Under the pieces are notes generated by a model. That model was not told the DNA's origin, ran no database searches, and was given only the letters and a program-made list of their open reading frames with translations. The position numbers and the translations under genes are program-made. This document shows, in pieces, positions 20,060 to 30,463 of a stretch of DNA of 64,000 bases. Source of the stretch: an uncultured bacterium (GTDB lineage Bacteria; Chlamydiota; Chlamydiia; Chlamydiales; SM23-39); NCBI GenBank assembly GCA_963716985.1, contig OY970323.1, positions 416,001 through 480,000 of the forward strand. Direction: 5' to 3'. Position 1 is the stretch's first letter. Every line of letters begins with the position of its first letter.

Positions 20060-22045
20060 CTAACCTGGCCATGGAGGGGGAGTACTATTGTAAGAGAGGA
20101 CAAAAGAGGGGCTTCCTTGAGGACCTGATACTGTAAAGGTGAAGCTCCCTTGGAAATGTTCATCGGCGGTTGTATAGGTGCTTGTTGGAGACGATGGCGT
20201 GACGATTTGTCTTTGCAGGTTGATATTGTAGAGATACTCGGTCGAATCGAACGTGAATCTCACTTGAAATGGGTGAATTGCGTTGACCACGACATTTCCG
20301 AGCGCGACAGGCACTGAAGTAGAAGCGGGAGTCGTCACTGTGCTCGCTCCATTATAGTAAATAAATTCGACAGCCACTCCGTTCGGCGCTGCGTTCACAG
20401 TGACTGGATAGGTATAACTATCCTGCGAGATATTGGGAATTGTCGTTCCAGACATGCTTTCGAGTGTGATTACAAAATAAGGTTGGGTTTCTCCGGTTGT
20501 TTGAGACGGATTGCCATGGAGGTCTTGAATATCAATCGCCATCAGACCTGCAAGGTTGAGTAGGTCATCGTAGTCATATCCGTAGCCAAGTCCAAGCGTT
20601 GGATTGTGACCAGAGGGAACTTGTCCATTGCTGATCAGCAGTTTATGGAGATTGAGATCATAGAGGTTGTACCATGGCCCATTCGAATAACCTGGAGGAT
20701 TTGAAAAATAGGTCAATGTCGAATAGCCTCCTGGGGCCGCTGTGCTATTATACTGACTATTGACGAAAGGGGAATCAATCGAGGTGGCATAGGCAGTAAA
20801 GGGGAGCTGCCCAATTGTAAATAGAGCGCTGAACAGCTTAGATAGTTCATTGGTATAAGCTGCAGAGTCGGTCCCTGAAGTGAGCGTATAAGGCCAGGGT
20901 CCACCGCTATTTGCCCCGCTCAACAGCTGTTCCATCGTCAACGCTGCGAGATTGAGAGTATAGCTAGGAGCTCCGCCACTGCCACTGAGTTCTAAAGTGA
21001 GAGCTGTTGAAGAAGCTGTAATCGAGTAGACAACAGCATTTATATTCGCAGGCTTGATCTGTGCATAGAACGTATGGGGTGTGTTGTAGTAATTGTACAC
21101 TGCTTGTAAAAAACTTGTGCTTGCCTGAGGTCCCGTCGACGAATTCGAGACATATGTTGTAGGGAAGTAACCTTGTGTGACTTTGGCTCCTTGAAAGTTA
21201 TTTGCACTTTCTCCAAGACCGATACTATTCTTGGCGGCCAACACGCGCAAGTAGGACGTTGGAGTGCTATCCGTATAGGGATTGTTGTAATAAGGCAGAG
21301 CGAGAGTTCCCCAAGTAGTTGGATACGTATTTAGGCTTGTGCTAAACGCGGTGAGAACTTGATCTCGTGTTTGAGTCGACGTGGTACCTGAAGGGAGTCC
21401 TGAATATTGGACTGAAATTTGGGTATTCGAAGGATATTCATTCGCATAAAGTTCCATCGGAAGACAGAAATAGTCGACCCATGAAAGGTTAATGAACATC
21501 GTTGTTTTTGAATTTGTTACGTCCGAATTCACAAGTCCGAATTCAAAATCTTGGTAGAGCGTATAGAAATTCGGATCGGTCAGAGAGGTTACGGACGAAT
21601 CGCTAATCCCCAAGACTCCAAGGGCAGGATTAAGAGAGGTCGCAAGATACATCGGAGAATTGATCGAAAAATAGCCCCTCGAAGCACTATCGATGGGTAA
21701 ATAGATCAGATAGGCGGGATCGTTGATGCCCGTTCCAGTTGCAGTCGGCAGTTCGCTCAGCGTCACGCTCGATCCGGCGGAACTGGGACTTCCTGTAGGA
21801 GTTGGATAAGCGATTTGGCAAACCCCATTCATATCGGGCACGAGAAAGCAGGGAATTCCATCAGGATCGTTTCCGTGAGCGACGAAGTAAATCGTATTGG
21901 CGGAAAGCCCCGTTCGGTTGACTACAACAACCGGACAATAGTTTTGTAATGGAGCAGGAGCAACGGCAAAGGCCTCAGACAAGCCTACAATAAAACACAT
22001 TACCAGTGCCGCGATTTGTGCGAGAGAAATTCGATTCAATAGCAT
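20060..22045 (-). CDS. Secreted GH64-like (beta-1,3-glucanase/thaumatin-fold) protein, 661 aa
   Basis: Signal peptide ending AFA; DPNFYTLYQDFEFG...FINLSWVDYFCLP and GYGYDYDD resemble the GH64 motifs DPN..EFT..N.S.VD..P and YAFPYDD. Confidence 0.65.
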   Translation of the reverse strand: MLLNRISLAQIAALVMCFIVGLSEAFAVAPAPLQNYCPVVVVNRTGLSANTIYFVAHGNDPDGIPCFLVPDMNGVCQIAYPTPTGSPSSAGSSVTLSELPTATGTGINDPAYLIYLPIDSASRGYFSINSPMYLATSLNPALGVLGISDSSVTSLTDPNFYTLYQDFEFGLVNSDVTNSKTTMFINLSWVDYFCLPMELYANEYPSNTQISVQYSGLPSGTTSTQTRDQVLTAFSTSLNTYPTTWGTLALPYYNNPYTDSTPTSYLRVLAAKNSIGLGESANNFQGAKVTQGYFPTTYVSNSSTGPQASTSFLQAVYNYYNTPHTFYAQIKPANINAVVYSITASSTALTLELSGSGGAPSYTLNLAALTMEQLLSGANSGGPWPYTLTSGTDSAAYTNELSKLFSALFTIGQLPFTAYATSIDSPFVNSQYNSTAAPGGYSTLTYFSNPPGYSNGPWYNLYDLNLHKLLISNGQVPSGHNPTLGLGYGYDYDDLLNLAGLMAIDIQDLHGNPSQTTGETQPYFVITLESMSGTTIPNISQDSYTYPVTVNAAPNGVAVEFIYYNGASTVTTPASTSVPVALGNVVVNAIHPFQVRFTFDSTEYLYNINLQRQIVTPSSPTSTYTTADEHFQGSFTFTVSGPQGSPSFVLSYNSTPPPWPG

Positions 22046-22320
22046 GAGAATCCTTTTTTTTCAGAGGAAGGTATTTTATCAATGTAAAGAAAATATTTCA
22101 ATTGAATAAAATTTTTTCAATTTCAAGCAAGAAGGGACGATTTACTTACAGGATCAAAAATGACGGACTATTGTCGGAGTAGCTAGTGTCTGGTTTCTTC
22201 AATCGATCGACCGCAATTGCCAATATTTCTTGGGGAAAATCAGATTTTTTCCTACATACTTTGGCAAGCAAAGGTGATTTAAGGCCATCTAAAGAATTGG
22301 GTGGAGTCAGCTTCGCAGGG

Positions 22321-22355
22321 CTGAAAATCCTTAGTGTCGCTTTCGATTCCAGTTC
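22321..22355 (+). repeat. Degenerate direct repeat of the tRNA-Phe 3' half (att-like)
   Basis: CTGAAAATCCTTaGTGTCGCT--TTCGATTCCAGTTC versus tRNA 13641-13676 CTGAAAATCCTTGTGTCGCTGGTTCGATTCCAGTTC. Confidence 0.85.
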
Positions 22356-22386
22356 GAGCCGCATTTCTTTTTTTATCGAAAAAAAT

Positions 22387-24099
22387 TTAATAGCTAAAAG
22401 TAGCTCCACCATGGAAACGGCAGACGTGGCGATCATTTCCGACCGAGCTTTTGATGACTTGAAAGCCCAGATCGGCTCTTGCGGAAATATATTGGCTGCA
22501 TTGATAGCGCACGCCCGGTCCGGCTCCGAGAAGGTGGTAGCGTTTTTTAAATCCAGGAACCGTTCTGTGCTCTTGCCCATATCCATAATCGATAAAGGAG
22601 AGGAAGGCGAGGTGGTTTTGTTTTCCCGATTTAAAGGATATTTTGGGCGCATGGATTTCAAAGTTCGCTAAAATCGCGTTGTCGGCATTGATCTCGCGTT
22701 CGCGATAGCCCCTGACAGAATCATACCCTCCAAGGCCAAACTGTTCGGAGGGAAGGAGGCTGGTATTGGAAATCTGTCCCTCTAATCTCGTGATGATCAT
22801 CATTTTTTTCGGCAGGCTGAAGTGGGCCCAAAGATGGGTCTTGCCATAAACATAGTGTGCTTTTGCAAAGGGATTGATCTCTTGGTAATAGCGATTTTTC
22901 TGTTCGGATGTGATTTTTAAAGGAGAGGCAAACGCCTCTATGCCAAAGAAAAGTTTGTGTGCGCCAAAGGTGTGGTCGAGGAAATAGGCGCAAGTAAACT
23001 GGTTGATTTCAGGATGGTTTTGAGAAAAAATAAATTCATCAAATTCGAGCGCGTTGTTCGTCTTTTTGTAATCATATCCGCATTCGACTCTTTGCAGAAT
23101 ATTGCCATAGGTGGGTTGCAAGGGAATGATGTAGCGGCCGCTGATCTGCGAACTAAATCCATGCATCAGGATAGGCATGGGTATGTTGACATTTTGAAAA
23201 TTGCTTTCGACCCAAGCATATCCCCCAAAGAGTTTGCATTCATGCCTCCAGGGAAGGCGCATGAGATAGCTTGCAGAGTGGGCGATCAGAGAATCAAAAT
23301 CACCGGACGCGGTGAATTGATAGGAAAGGGTTTGATCCAAACCGAACGCATGGTCCCAGCTAAAGCCCGTATAGATTCTTGCATTTCCCGTCAGTTGATT
23401 GCCCGTATTGTCTGCTCCTGCATAGACCAAAAGAGGAAACCGGTCTTGGGTGGTTAGGGTGAGATCGGTCTCGGTGCTTTTTTCTCCGGGGGCAAAGATG
23501 AGATCCGATTGATGGAAAGGGGTGCGATTGAGCCAAGCGAGATCTTCCATCAATTTAAGGGTATCGATCCTGTCTCCTTTTTTCACTTGAAGGGATTGCA
23601 GGAACTTTTTTCCCGACGTCCAGTGATTTCCTTTGGCTTCGATTGTTCCGACTTTTCCTTCTATGATCACGATCTGGATCACCCCTGCAGATACTTCTTG
23701 CTGCGGAACGATAACGGTCACGATCGGATGGTGGTTTTTTTGATAATAATGACAGATCCGTTTGCGAATCTCTTCTAACGAACTCTGGGTGAGCGGTTCA
23801 TTCAAAAAGGGGAGAATCTTAGAGATAAGTTTTTGTTTTTTTCCGGGCAGATGGATGGTCGGATCGATCGAAATCCCTTCGATTTTTTTAAGATCGATCT
23901 CCTGTAACAGCGAATAGCTTCCTAAGAGAGCAATGGCGCGAAGGCGGGGAAGAATCACTTGCGGGGAGGGTTTTTCATCTTCTTTCTTTTCCCGGATCTC
24001 CTGATAGGCGATCTCTTCCGAGGAGCTTGCATCGTCGGCATAGATGGGTGAAAAGGAAGAGAGGCAGAGGGAAAGAGCGAGGGTTGCGAATCGTTTCAA
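22387..24099 (-). CDS. TpsB (ShlB/FhaC/HecB) two-partner secretion transporter
   Basis: POTRA region VPQQEVSAGVIQIVIIEG, DNTGN, SEQFGLGGYDSVRGYRE, terminal aromatic residue. Confidence 0.93.
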   Translation of the reverse strand: MKRFATLALSLCLSSFSPIYADDASSSEEIAYQEIREKKEDEKPSPQVILPRLRAIALLGSYSLLQEIDLKKIEGISIDPTIHLPGKKQKLISKILPFLNEPLTQSSLEEIRKRICHYYQKNHHPIVTVIVPQQEVSAGVIQIVIIEGKVGTIEAKGNHWTSGKKFLQSLQVKKGDRIDTLKLMEDLAWLNRTPFHQSDLIFAPGEKSTETDLTLTTQDRFPLLVYAGADNTGNQLTGNARIYTGFSWDHAFGLDQTLSYQFTASGDFDSLIAHSASYLMRLPWRHECKLFGGYAWVESNFQNVNIPMPILMHGFSSQISGRYIIPLQPTYGNILQRVECGYDYKKTNNALEFDEFIFSQNHPEINQFTCAYFLDHTFGAHKLFFGIEAFASPLKITSEQKNRYYQEINPFAKAHYVYGKTHLWAHFSLPKKMMIITRLEGQISNTSLLPSEQFGLGGYDSVRGYREREINADNAILANFEIHAPKISFKSGKQNHLAFLSFIDYGYGQEHRTVPGFKKRYHLLGAGPGVRYQCSQYISARADLGFQVIKSSVGNDRHVCRFHGGATFSY

Positions 24100-24100
24100 G

Positions 24101-27100
24101 TTATCCCTCTACTTTTCGGTTTTTCTGATAGGTTTTTTCTTTGACTCGGTAGCATTTTTTTCTCTCTTTTTCAAAAGGAGAGCTTTTTTCAAAAGAGATC
24201 CATTTTGCGATATTGTTTGCGTTTGATAAAGCGCTCATTTGCGATGGGGAAGCAAAATGCTCTTTTATCTTAGACAAAGGAAGTGGCGACCCTTTTTCTT
24301 TTTCATAGGAAATGCAAAAACTGCTTTCCCATGGGAAGAAAAACCCTTCAAGAATGGAAATGATGTCAGATTCGTCTCCGAGCGTTTGTGGAATTCCAAA
24401 AAAGTTTGTGGGGGTGGGAGGAATAATAGGCGTTCCGAAAGGTGTTTTGTAGAAGACGGTAAAGAAACGTCCCGGATCTGCTTCCGGGTAATAGACGTTA
24501 AAGACTTCCGTTCGACTGAGATAAGGATGTCCTTGCAATGTTCCGGATGCATTATTTTGCGAGGGCCTTGCGGTGAAAATTTTTAATAGGCCGGTGGCAG
24601 AGATGGTGGTTTTTGAGCTCATCAGAAAAGCGCCGGGTCCGATTTGGGGACGGGTGGGAAAGTTGTTGTCAACGACTAGAGTCACAGGGCCGGGAGATCC
24701 TGAGATGTTAATAATGGCACTATTGCCTTCAAGGTCGATGTTCTGACCTGCTTTGACGAGAAGGGCTCCCGAAGAGCCGTTGGCTTGCAAAAGAGAGGTT
24801 TGGAAAAGAGAAAGATTATTGGCGGTCAGGGTTAAATTTGCTCCGCTTGTAATATTGGTGGGAGAGTTTCCTTGCGATGTGAGCGCCACATCTCCTCCGG
24901 CATTGAACAAAAGATCTCCGCCTGTTGTATAGATGGAGGCAAATCCAGATCCCCCGACGGCATTATTATTGAGATTCGCATTTCCGGTAATCGCGAAGTT
25001 CAAGGAATTGGAATGGATGAATAGATTGCCGTGGGGACTATTGTTGTTCATCACGAGACTGTTTGCGGTTATATTCAATGGAGCATTGTTCATTTCGATC
25101 AATGACTGGCTGATGGCGGAAGCATCGGTTTGCATAAGAAGCGGGCCGGCCGTGGTTAATGTGCTTAAAGAGCTGGATCCCGGATTGATTGTGATCAGAG
25201 CGGTTCCTCCTTGGTTTGCGTTGAATGTAATTCCTGTTGTTGCATCGACGTTCATGAGGGAATCCACTTGGATGATGCTCTGGCCGCTTGTGGCGGTTAC
25301 ATTGATTGTTTGGGCATTAATGGTTAGGTTGTTTGCCTGAATGGAAGCTAGGTCTGCAGCTCCGTTGGCAAAAAAAGAAAGCGTGTTGCAATTCAGAATG
25401 ACATTGGGATGAGAAGAGGTAGAGGTGTTCCCTATCAAACATTGGCCAGTAAGGGCTCCACCGCCAGACTCTTCTAAATTAATGTTGTTCGCAGAGATGT
25501 TGACCAAGTGGTCAGAAGACATTGAGAAATAATTGTTGTTCGCTGCAGTGCTTTCAAAGAAAAAGTCTTGGGTTGTGATATTTAATGCATCGCTTCCGAA
25601 GAGAGCAGGGGTTGTGCCTCCAGGGATAGAAGATATGAAAAGATAACTCAGAGTGTTTGCAAGTGTTAATGTGTGGTGAGACTTTAGAAAGCCCTTGCCA
25701 ATGAGAAATATTTGCCCGTTGACAGAGGCCGTAATATTGCCGGCAATATCTACCAAATCGGAAATACCCAAAGGTCCTGCAAGCGTAGTGAGAATCAAAT
25801 CACCGGAACCGGTGATGGGACCCCCTTCTACGATGTTCATGACATTTCCGTAAAGCGTCAAAGAATGTGTGGTGGACCATGTAACGGGCGCTTGGACACG
25901 AATCTCTCCGGTTCCACCTCCTGCACCATTAACAGCATCAACGATCACATTGTTAAGGGCCAGGGCAGCTTCAAGATCGGTATTGAGAAGATTTGCGGTT
26001 CCGACTCCGCTTGGTTGATAGGTATAAGGAGGATAGATAAAAGCAGGGAATGTTGGAGGGGTTGCCGTAATGTCAATGTCTGGGGGATCTAAAAAAAGCA
26101 TTCCCGTTTTTCCATGAGAAGAGCTTGTATCGACCTTGCCATGAAAGACAAAAGCTTTTTTCGAAGACACCTCCACAAAACCGCCATCTCCCTCTTGATT
26201 GCCGCCTTTTGCCTCTATTTTTCCTTGAAAGTTCATCGAATCGTCGGCAAAAAGAATAACCTTTCCGCCATTTCCCCGTTCCAGAGAAGAGACGGAGATC
26301 TGCGCTCTTTCTTCCATTTCGATCTGTTTGGGGTTGGCAGGGGAAGAATCGGTCTGATCGCGAGGAGCAAGGCCGATGATGACCTCCCCTCCATTAAAAG
26401 GTGAGGAGGCGTCGATGGAAGAGTCGTTTTTTAAGGAAATAGGATCGCCGGCAACGGTAATGTGGCCGCCGGGAGAGTGGAGCGTTCCTCTATTTTCTAT
26501 GCGGCCATCTAGGGCTACGAGAAAAATTTTGCCATTTTCGTTGGCCATGCCGTTGGCCTCCACGATGCCCGATTGATTCATGGCAAGAGAGTAGGCAGAG
26601 CCTTGCGCTCCTAAAAAGACATTTTTTGCTTCAATTGTACCAAGATTTTCAACGCCTACATCCAAAAGGGGTTTGTCTAGAAGCGGCTGGATGAAGAGCC
26701 CCTCTTCTTTGTCCGGCTGCAGAAGAATGCGATAGCCCGCAGCTGTTTGCGCAACTCCGTTTTTTGCCTCAATGACCCCCTCGTTTCGAATGCGCGTGGC
26801 AAAAAGCGCTACATCGCCCTCGAGGGCCCGAATGGTCCCTAAATTCACGATTTCTTTGCTCTGTCCTCCATCTTGAAAGAAGAGGTTTGCCCCTTTCAGA
26901 AAGTCTTGGTTCAGAATGTCGAGAGTAGAGGCAATGAAACCGGAGGTTTGCACACACCCTTCTTTACTGATGAGTATGCCGTTTTGATTGATCAGAAGAA
27001 CCTTGCCATTTGCTTCTAAAACTCCTTGGATCAGAGAGGGGGAATAGCCCGTGACGCGATTTAAAACAGAAGAGGTGGTATTTTGCTGAAGAAAACGGGT

Positions 27101-27316
27101 GATTTCTCCTTTGTCAATGGAAAAATCTTTCCAGTTGATAATGCTCTTGTCTGAGGCATGGATCTCCAAGAGCTGATTTTTCGAAGAGACAATATCCACC
27201 TGCCCGGCGATGATTTCGGGACAAGAGGGATTTGACCAAAGAGATAGGCCAAAAAAAACAGAGGTGAAAAAAAGAGTAAAAAAACGCATTGCATCCCCGG
27301 AATTCTTCTCTTTCAT
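24101..27316 (-). CDS. TpsA filamentous-haemagglutinin-family exoprotein (start may be 27289)
   Basis: IINWKDFSI, VLNRVTG, NGKVLLINQNGI, FIASTL, GDGGFVEVS, GMLFLDP TPS-domain motifs; 1 nt from tpsB. Confidence 0.92.
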   Translation of the reverse strand: MKEKNSGDAMRFFTLFFTSVFFGLSLWSNPSCPEIIAGQVDIVSSKNQLLEIHASDKSIINWKDFSIDKGEITRFLQQNTTSSVLNRVTGYSPSLIQGVLEANGKVLLINQNGILISKEGCVQTSGFIASTLDILNQDFLKGANLFFQDGGQSKEIVNLGTIRALEGDVALFATRIRNEGVIEAKNGVAQTAAGYRILLQPDKEEGLFIQPLLDKPLLDVGVENLGTIEAKNVFLGAQGSAYSLAMNQSGIVEANGMANENGKIFLVALDGRIENRGTLHSPGGHITVAGDPISLKNDSSIDASSPFNGGEVIIGLAPRDQTDSSPANPKQIEMEERAQISVSSLERGNGGKVILFADDSMNFQGKIEAKGGNQEGDGGFVEVSSKKAFVFHGKVDTSSSHGKTGMLFLDPPDIDITATPPTFPAFIYPPYTYQPSGVGTANLLNTDLEAALALNNVIVDAVNGAGGGTGEIRVQAPVTWSTTHSLTLYGNVMNIVEGGPITGSGDLILTTLAGPLGISDLVDIAGNITASVNGQIFLIGKGFLKSHHTLTLANTLSYLFISSIPGGTTPALFGSDALNITTQDFFFESTAANNNYFSMSSDHLVNISANNINLEESGGGALTGQCLIGNTSTSSHPNVILNCNTLSFFANGAADLASIQANNLTINAQTINVTATSGQSIIQVDSLMNVDATTGITFNANQGGTALITINPGSSSLSTLTTAGPLLMQTDASAISQSLIEMNNAPLNITANSLVMNNNSPHGNLFIHSNSLNFAITGNANLNNNAVGGSGFASIYTTGGDLLFNAGGDVALTSQGNSPTNITSGANLTLTANNLSLFQTSLLQANGSSGALLVKAGQNIDLEGNSAIINISGSPGPVTLVVDNNFPTRPQIGPGAFLMSSKTTISATGLLKIFTARPSQNNASGTLQGHPYLSRTEVFNVYYPEADPGRFFTVFYKTPFGTPIIPPTPTNFFGIPQTLGDESDIISILEGFFFPWESSFCISYEKEKGSPLPLSKIKEHFASPSQMSALSNANNIAKWISFEKSSPFEKERKKCYRVKEKTYQKNRKVEG

Positions 27317-27364
27317 GCATTGTATGAATTTGAAAGAATATGTCTCTATTTTTTTTAGAGAAAG

Positions 27365-28408
27365 TTAAGCGAAAACAAGAGGGGAGCATTGCGCAGCGGC
27401 CGGCGGCGCTTTTGTAGTAGATGACATACGCTGAATGGCTCGTAGAAGATCGGACAGCCCCTCTGAGGATAGAGCCGATATTTCAAAGAGGGAATCTACT
27501 GCAAAAGGGTAGCGTTTTTTGAAAAGAAGACAGGCCTCTTTTGCATTTTCCATATCGATTTTGTTCAAAACAACGAGAAAGGGCTTTTCGAGGATCTCTT
27601 TTCGATAACATTCAATTTCTTGTCGAAGAAGGAGAAAATCTTCAAAGGGATCTCTTCCTTCTTGCCCGGAGATATCGACGACAAAGAGGAGAAGAGAGGT
27701 GCGCTCAATGTGTTTTAAAAAAGAAAGCCCCAAGCCTCGATCGGCGTGTGCGCCTTTGATGATCCCCGGAATATCGGCAAAGCGGAGGCGAGAAAAATCT
27801 TCAAAGGCCACCACTCCCAGATTGGGATAAAGCGTTGTGAAAGGATAGGATCCGACTTTGACTCTCATATTTGCAAGCGATGCGAGGAGGGTGGATTTGC
27901 CTGCATTCGGCATGCCAATCAAACCGACGTCGGCAATGAGCTTGAGCTCCAGTTCGATCTGCTTTTCCTCGCCATTCGTTCCTTCCGTGCAAATGTAGGG
28001 AGCCTGGTTCGTTGCGGTTTTAAAACAGGTATTTCCTCTGCCGCCGATCCCGCCCTTGCAAACGAGAAATTTTCGGTTTGGCTCGATGCATTCAAAAAGA
28101 ATTGCAGAAGTGGCTGTGTCTTTTACAATGGTGCCCAGGGGAACTTTTAAGATGATGTCTTGCCCATCGGCCCCTTTTCGATTGCTTGACGCTCCGTTTT
28201 TTCCACTTTGAGAATGAATGATTTTTTGGTTGCGGAAAGAATCCAAGGAGAGAAGCTGGGCATCTGCTTCGAGGTAGATATGGCCACCCCTCCCGCCGTC
28301 TCCTCCGGCAGGCCCACCTTTAGGAATGTATTTTTCCCGTCTCCAAGCAACGACCCCATTGCCTCCTTGGCCGGCGATGAGACTCAGTTTAATGTGATCC
28401 AGAAACAT
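27365..28408 (-). CDS. obgE: GTPase ObgE
   Basis: RREKYIPKGGPAGGDGGRGG, ELKLIADVGLIGMPNAGKST, YPFTT, DIPG, NKID. Confidence 0.98.
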   Translation of the reverse strand: MFLDHIKLSLIAGQGGNGVVAWRREKYIPKGGPAGGDGGRGGHIYLEADAQLLSLDSFRNQKIIHSQSGKNGASSNRKGADGQDIILKVPLGTIVKDTATSAILFECIEPNRKFLVCKGGIGGRGNTCFKTATNQAPYICTEGTNGEEKQIELELKLIADVGLIGMPNAGKSTLLASLANMRVKVGSYPFTTLYPNLGVVAFEDFSRLRFADIPGIIKGAHADRGLGLSFLKHIERTSLLLFVVDISGQEGRDPFEDFLLLRQEIECYRKEILEKPFLVVLNKIDMENAKEACLLFKKRYPFAVDSLFEISALSSEGLSDLLRAIQRMSSTTKAPPAAAQCSPLVFA

Positions 28409-28438
28409 AGGTCTTGCTCGAAGAAGGAGGAAATCCCT

Positions 28439-28696
28439 CTATCGATCCTCGCTGGGCAGGACGGAAACAAAGGTTTTGTTGGCTCTGCGAAAGGAAACAA
28501 TCCCATTGATCAGAGCAAAAAGAGTGTAATCTTTTCCGACGCCGACGTTTTTTAAAGGATGCCACTGGGTGCCTCGTTGACGAACGAGAATACTTCCGGC
28601 AGTGACAAATTCTCCTTGAGCGACCTTGGTTCCAAGCCGTTGTGATTGAGAATCGCGACCGTTGCGCGTGGAGCCTTGTCCTTTCTTATGAGCCAT
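28439..28696 (-). CDS. rpmA: 50S ribosomal protein L27
   Basis: [16 protein letters not shown]...RQRGT. Confidence 0.99.
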   Translation of the reverse strand: MAHKKGQGSTRNGRDSQSQRLGTKVAQGEFVTAGSILVRQRGTQWHPLKNVGVGKDYTLFALINGIVSFRRANKTFVSVLPSEDR

Positions 28697-28711
28697 TCTA
28701 TCCTCTTGATT

Positions 28712-29026
28712 TTAAGCTTTTTTGATATCGGTAATTGTGACTTTCGAATACTTTTGTCTGTGTCCTACCGTCCTTCGATAGTTTTTGCGCTTTTTGTATT
28801 TGTAGGCAATGACTTTTTCCCCTTTAACTTCTCCGAGAAGCTCGCCTAATACCGTGCATCCCGCAACATAGGGACCTCCTACTAGAGTTTGATCTTCCTG
28901 GTTCAAAAGAAGCACATGGTCAAATGATACTTGGTTGCTTGCCTGGGCCTCGACAAGTTCAATTGTGATCGTGTCGCCTTTTTGCACGCGGTATTGTTTC
29001 CCGCCAGTTTCGATGATCGCGTACAT
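28712..29026 (-). CDS. rplU: 50S ribosomal protein L21
   Basis: MYAIIETGGKQYRV...GHRQKY. Confidence 0.99.
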   Translation of the reverse strand: MYAIIETGGKQYRVQKGDTITIELVEAQASNQVSFDHVLLLNQEDQTLVGGPYVAGCTVLGELLGEVKGEKVIAYKYKKRKNYRRTVGHRQKYSKVTITDIKKA

Positions 29027-29124
29027 TATCGTCCTCCAAGACGTCGAATTTTGGATACCGATCTTACGATAACTTGCCCTGTTTTGTCAACTTTAAAAGG
29101 GGAGTTTTTTAAAGAAAAATTTTC

Positions 29125-30390
29125 TTAACAAGGGGGTAGTTTTTCAAAATGAGTGTGCACTTTGTTTTTCCGGGTGTTGTGAAAAAGAAGGATGATCAGC
29201 ACGCCGAGAGAGGAAAGGATGCCGAGAATGACAAATCCCGTGCGGAAGCTTCCCGTGAGGTCAACGAGCCATCCTGTGATCGCCGGAGAGACGATGCCGG
29301 CGATGGAGAAGACAGTCGATGTGATCCCCTGCGCGGCCCCTGCCTGGCTTTTCGCAACTTCGATATTGACATGGAAAAAAATGGCAAGCGGAAGAAAGCC
29401 AAAACCTACCCCCAGGCTCAAAAGAATGAGGGTGGTGGAGAGAGAATGGTTGGTGCTCAAGAGAAGAAAACAGATTGCCGTCAGAAGCTGGCTCACCCAG
29501 ATGACGTGGGAATGGGAGACGCGATAGCTTTTGGTTCTTTTGTAGAGCCAATCGGAGAGAAATCCTCCCAAGGGCAAAAAGAAAGAGGCGGCCAGCCAGG
29601 GAAGGGTCAAATACCACCCGATGCTCTTGAGGTTGAGCTGAAATTGAAAGGATAGATAGCCGGGAAGCCAGAGAGTGGCGAAAAAGACCATATAGCCAAA
29701 GGCAAAATAGGAAAGATTGCTGGCAATGAGAGTGGGATGGGTGAGAAGAAAACGCCAATTCGCAGTGGTTTTTTTCATTGGATGTCTTTTCTCTTCTTCT
29801 TCGCACGTGGTTTCTACGACGGGCATGCGAAAAATAGCATACCAGAGAATGGCCCAAAAGATTCCAATCGAGCTGATGATGATAAACATCCAGCGCCAGC
29901 CAAAATCGGTTGATAAATAGGAGATCAAAGGGGCTCCAACGACGCTGGATACCGGGATAGCGGCAAGCCCGAACGAAAGGGCTTTTGCTCTTGCTTCCGG
30001 AGGAAGTAGATGGTTGATGGTACAGGAAACCGCAGGGTAGTGAGGCCCTTCGGCAACCCCCAAAAGAAAGCGCAAAATGACGAAGCTCCACAGTCCTGTA
30101 GCAACACTTAAAAGACCTAAACAGGTGGACCATGCGATAGCTGAGATGGGCCAGGAAATGCGGGAGCCATATTTGTCCACAATCCATCCTCCCATGCCGG
30201 AGAGAAGGAGGTATCCGATGCCAAAAGAAGAGAGGATCATGCCGAATTGGGTATCGGTGAAGTGAAATTCTTTTTTTAAAGGCTCGATGATGAAGGAGAT
30301 GGCCGTGCGGTCGATAAAATTAACAAGAGTGATGGCGAAAATTAAGCTGACGATAAACCATGGATAAAAAGAAGATTTTTTTTCATTCAT
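29125..30390 (-). CDS. MFS transporter (anion:cation symporter / sugar-acid type)
   Basis: NFIDRTAIS, GWIVDKYGSR, LRFLLGVAEGP; about 12 hydrophobic segments. Confidence 0.88.
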   Translation of the reverse strand: MNEKKSSFYPWFIVSLIFAITLVNFIDRTAISFIIEPLKKEFHFTDTQFGMILSSFGIGYLLLSGMGGWIVDKYGSRISWPISAIAWSTCLGLLSVATGLWSFVILRFLLGVAEGPHYPAVSCTINHLLPPEARAKALSFGLAAIPVSSVVGAPLISYLSTDFGWRWMFIIISSIGIFWAILWYAIFRMPVVETTCEEEEKRHPMKKTTANWRFLLTHPTLIASNLSYFAFGYMVFFATLWLPGYLSFQFQLNLKSIGWYLTLPWLAASFFLPLGGFLSDWLYKRTKSYRVSHSHVIWVSQLLTAICFLLLSTNHSLSTTLILLSLGVGFGFLPLAIFFHVNIEVAKSQAGAAQGITSTVFSIAGIVSPAITGWLVDLTGSFRTGFVILGILSSLGVLIILLFHNTRKNKVHTHFEKLPPC

Positions 30391-30463
30391 AAAAAACAAA
30401 GGCTCTTTGAAGGGAAAATTATCATTTTTTTGATTGCCTGTCTATGAGAATTGCCGGGAGTTT

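Noticed and set aside
22146..22671. 171-aa and 161-aa ORFs that might be an integrase remnant or immunity gene
   Set aside because: Both overlap the 3' end of tpsB and the att-like repeat and show no recombinase motifs.
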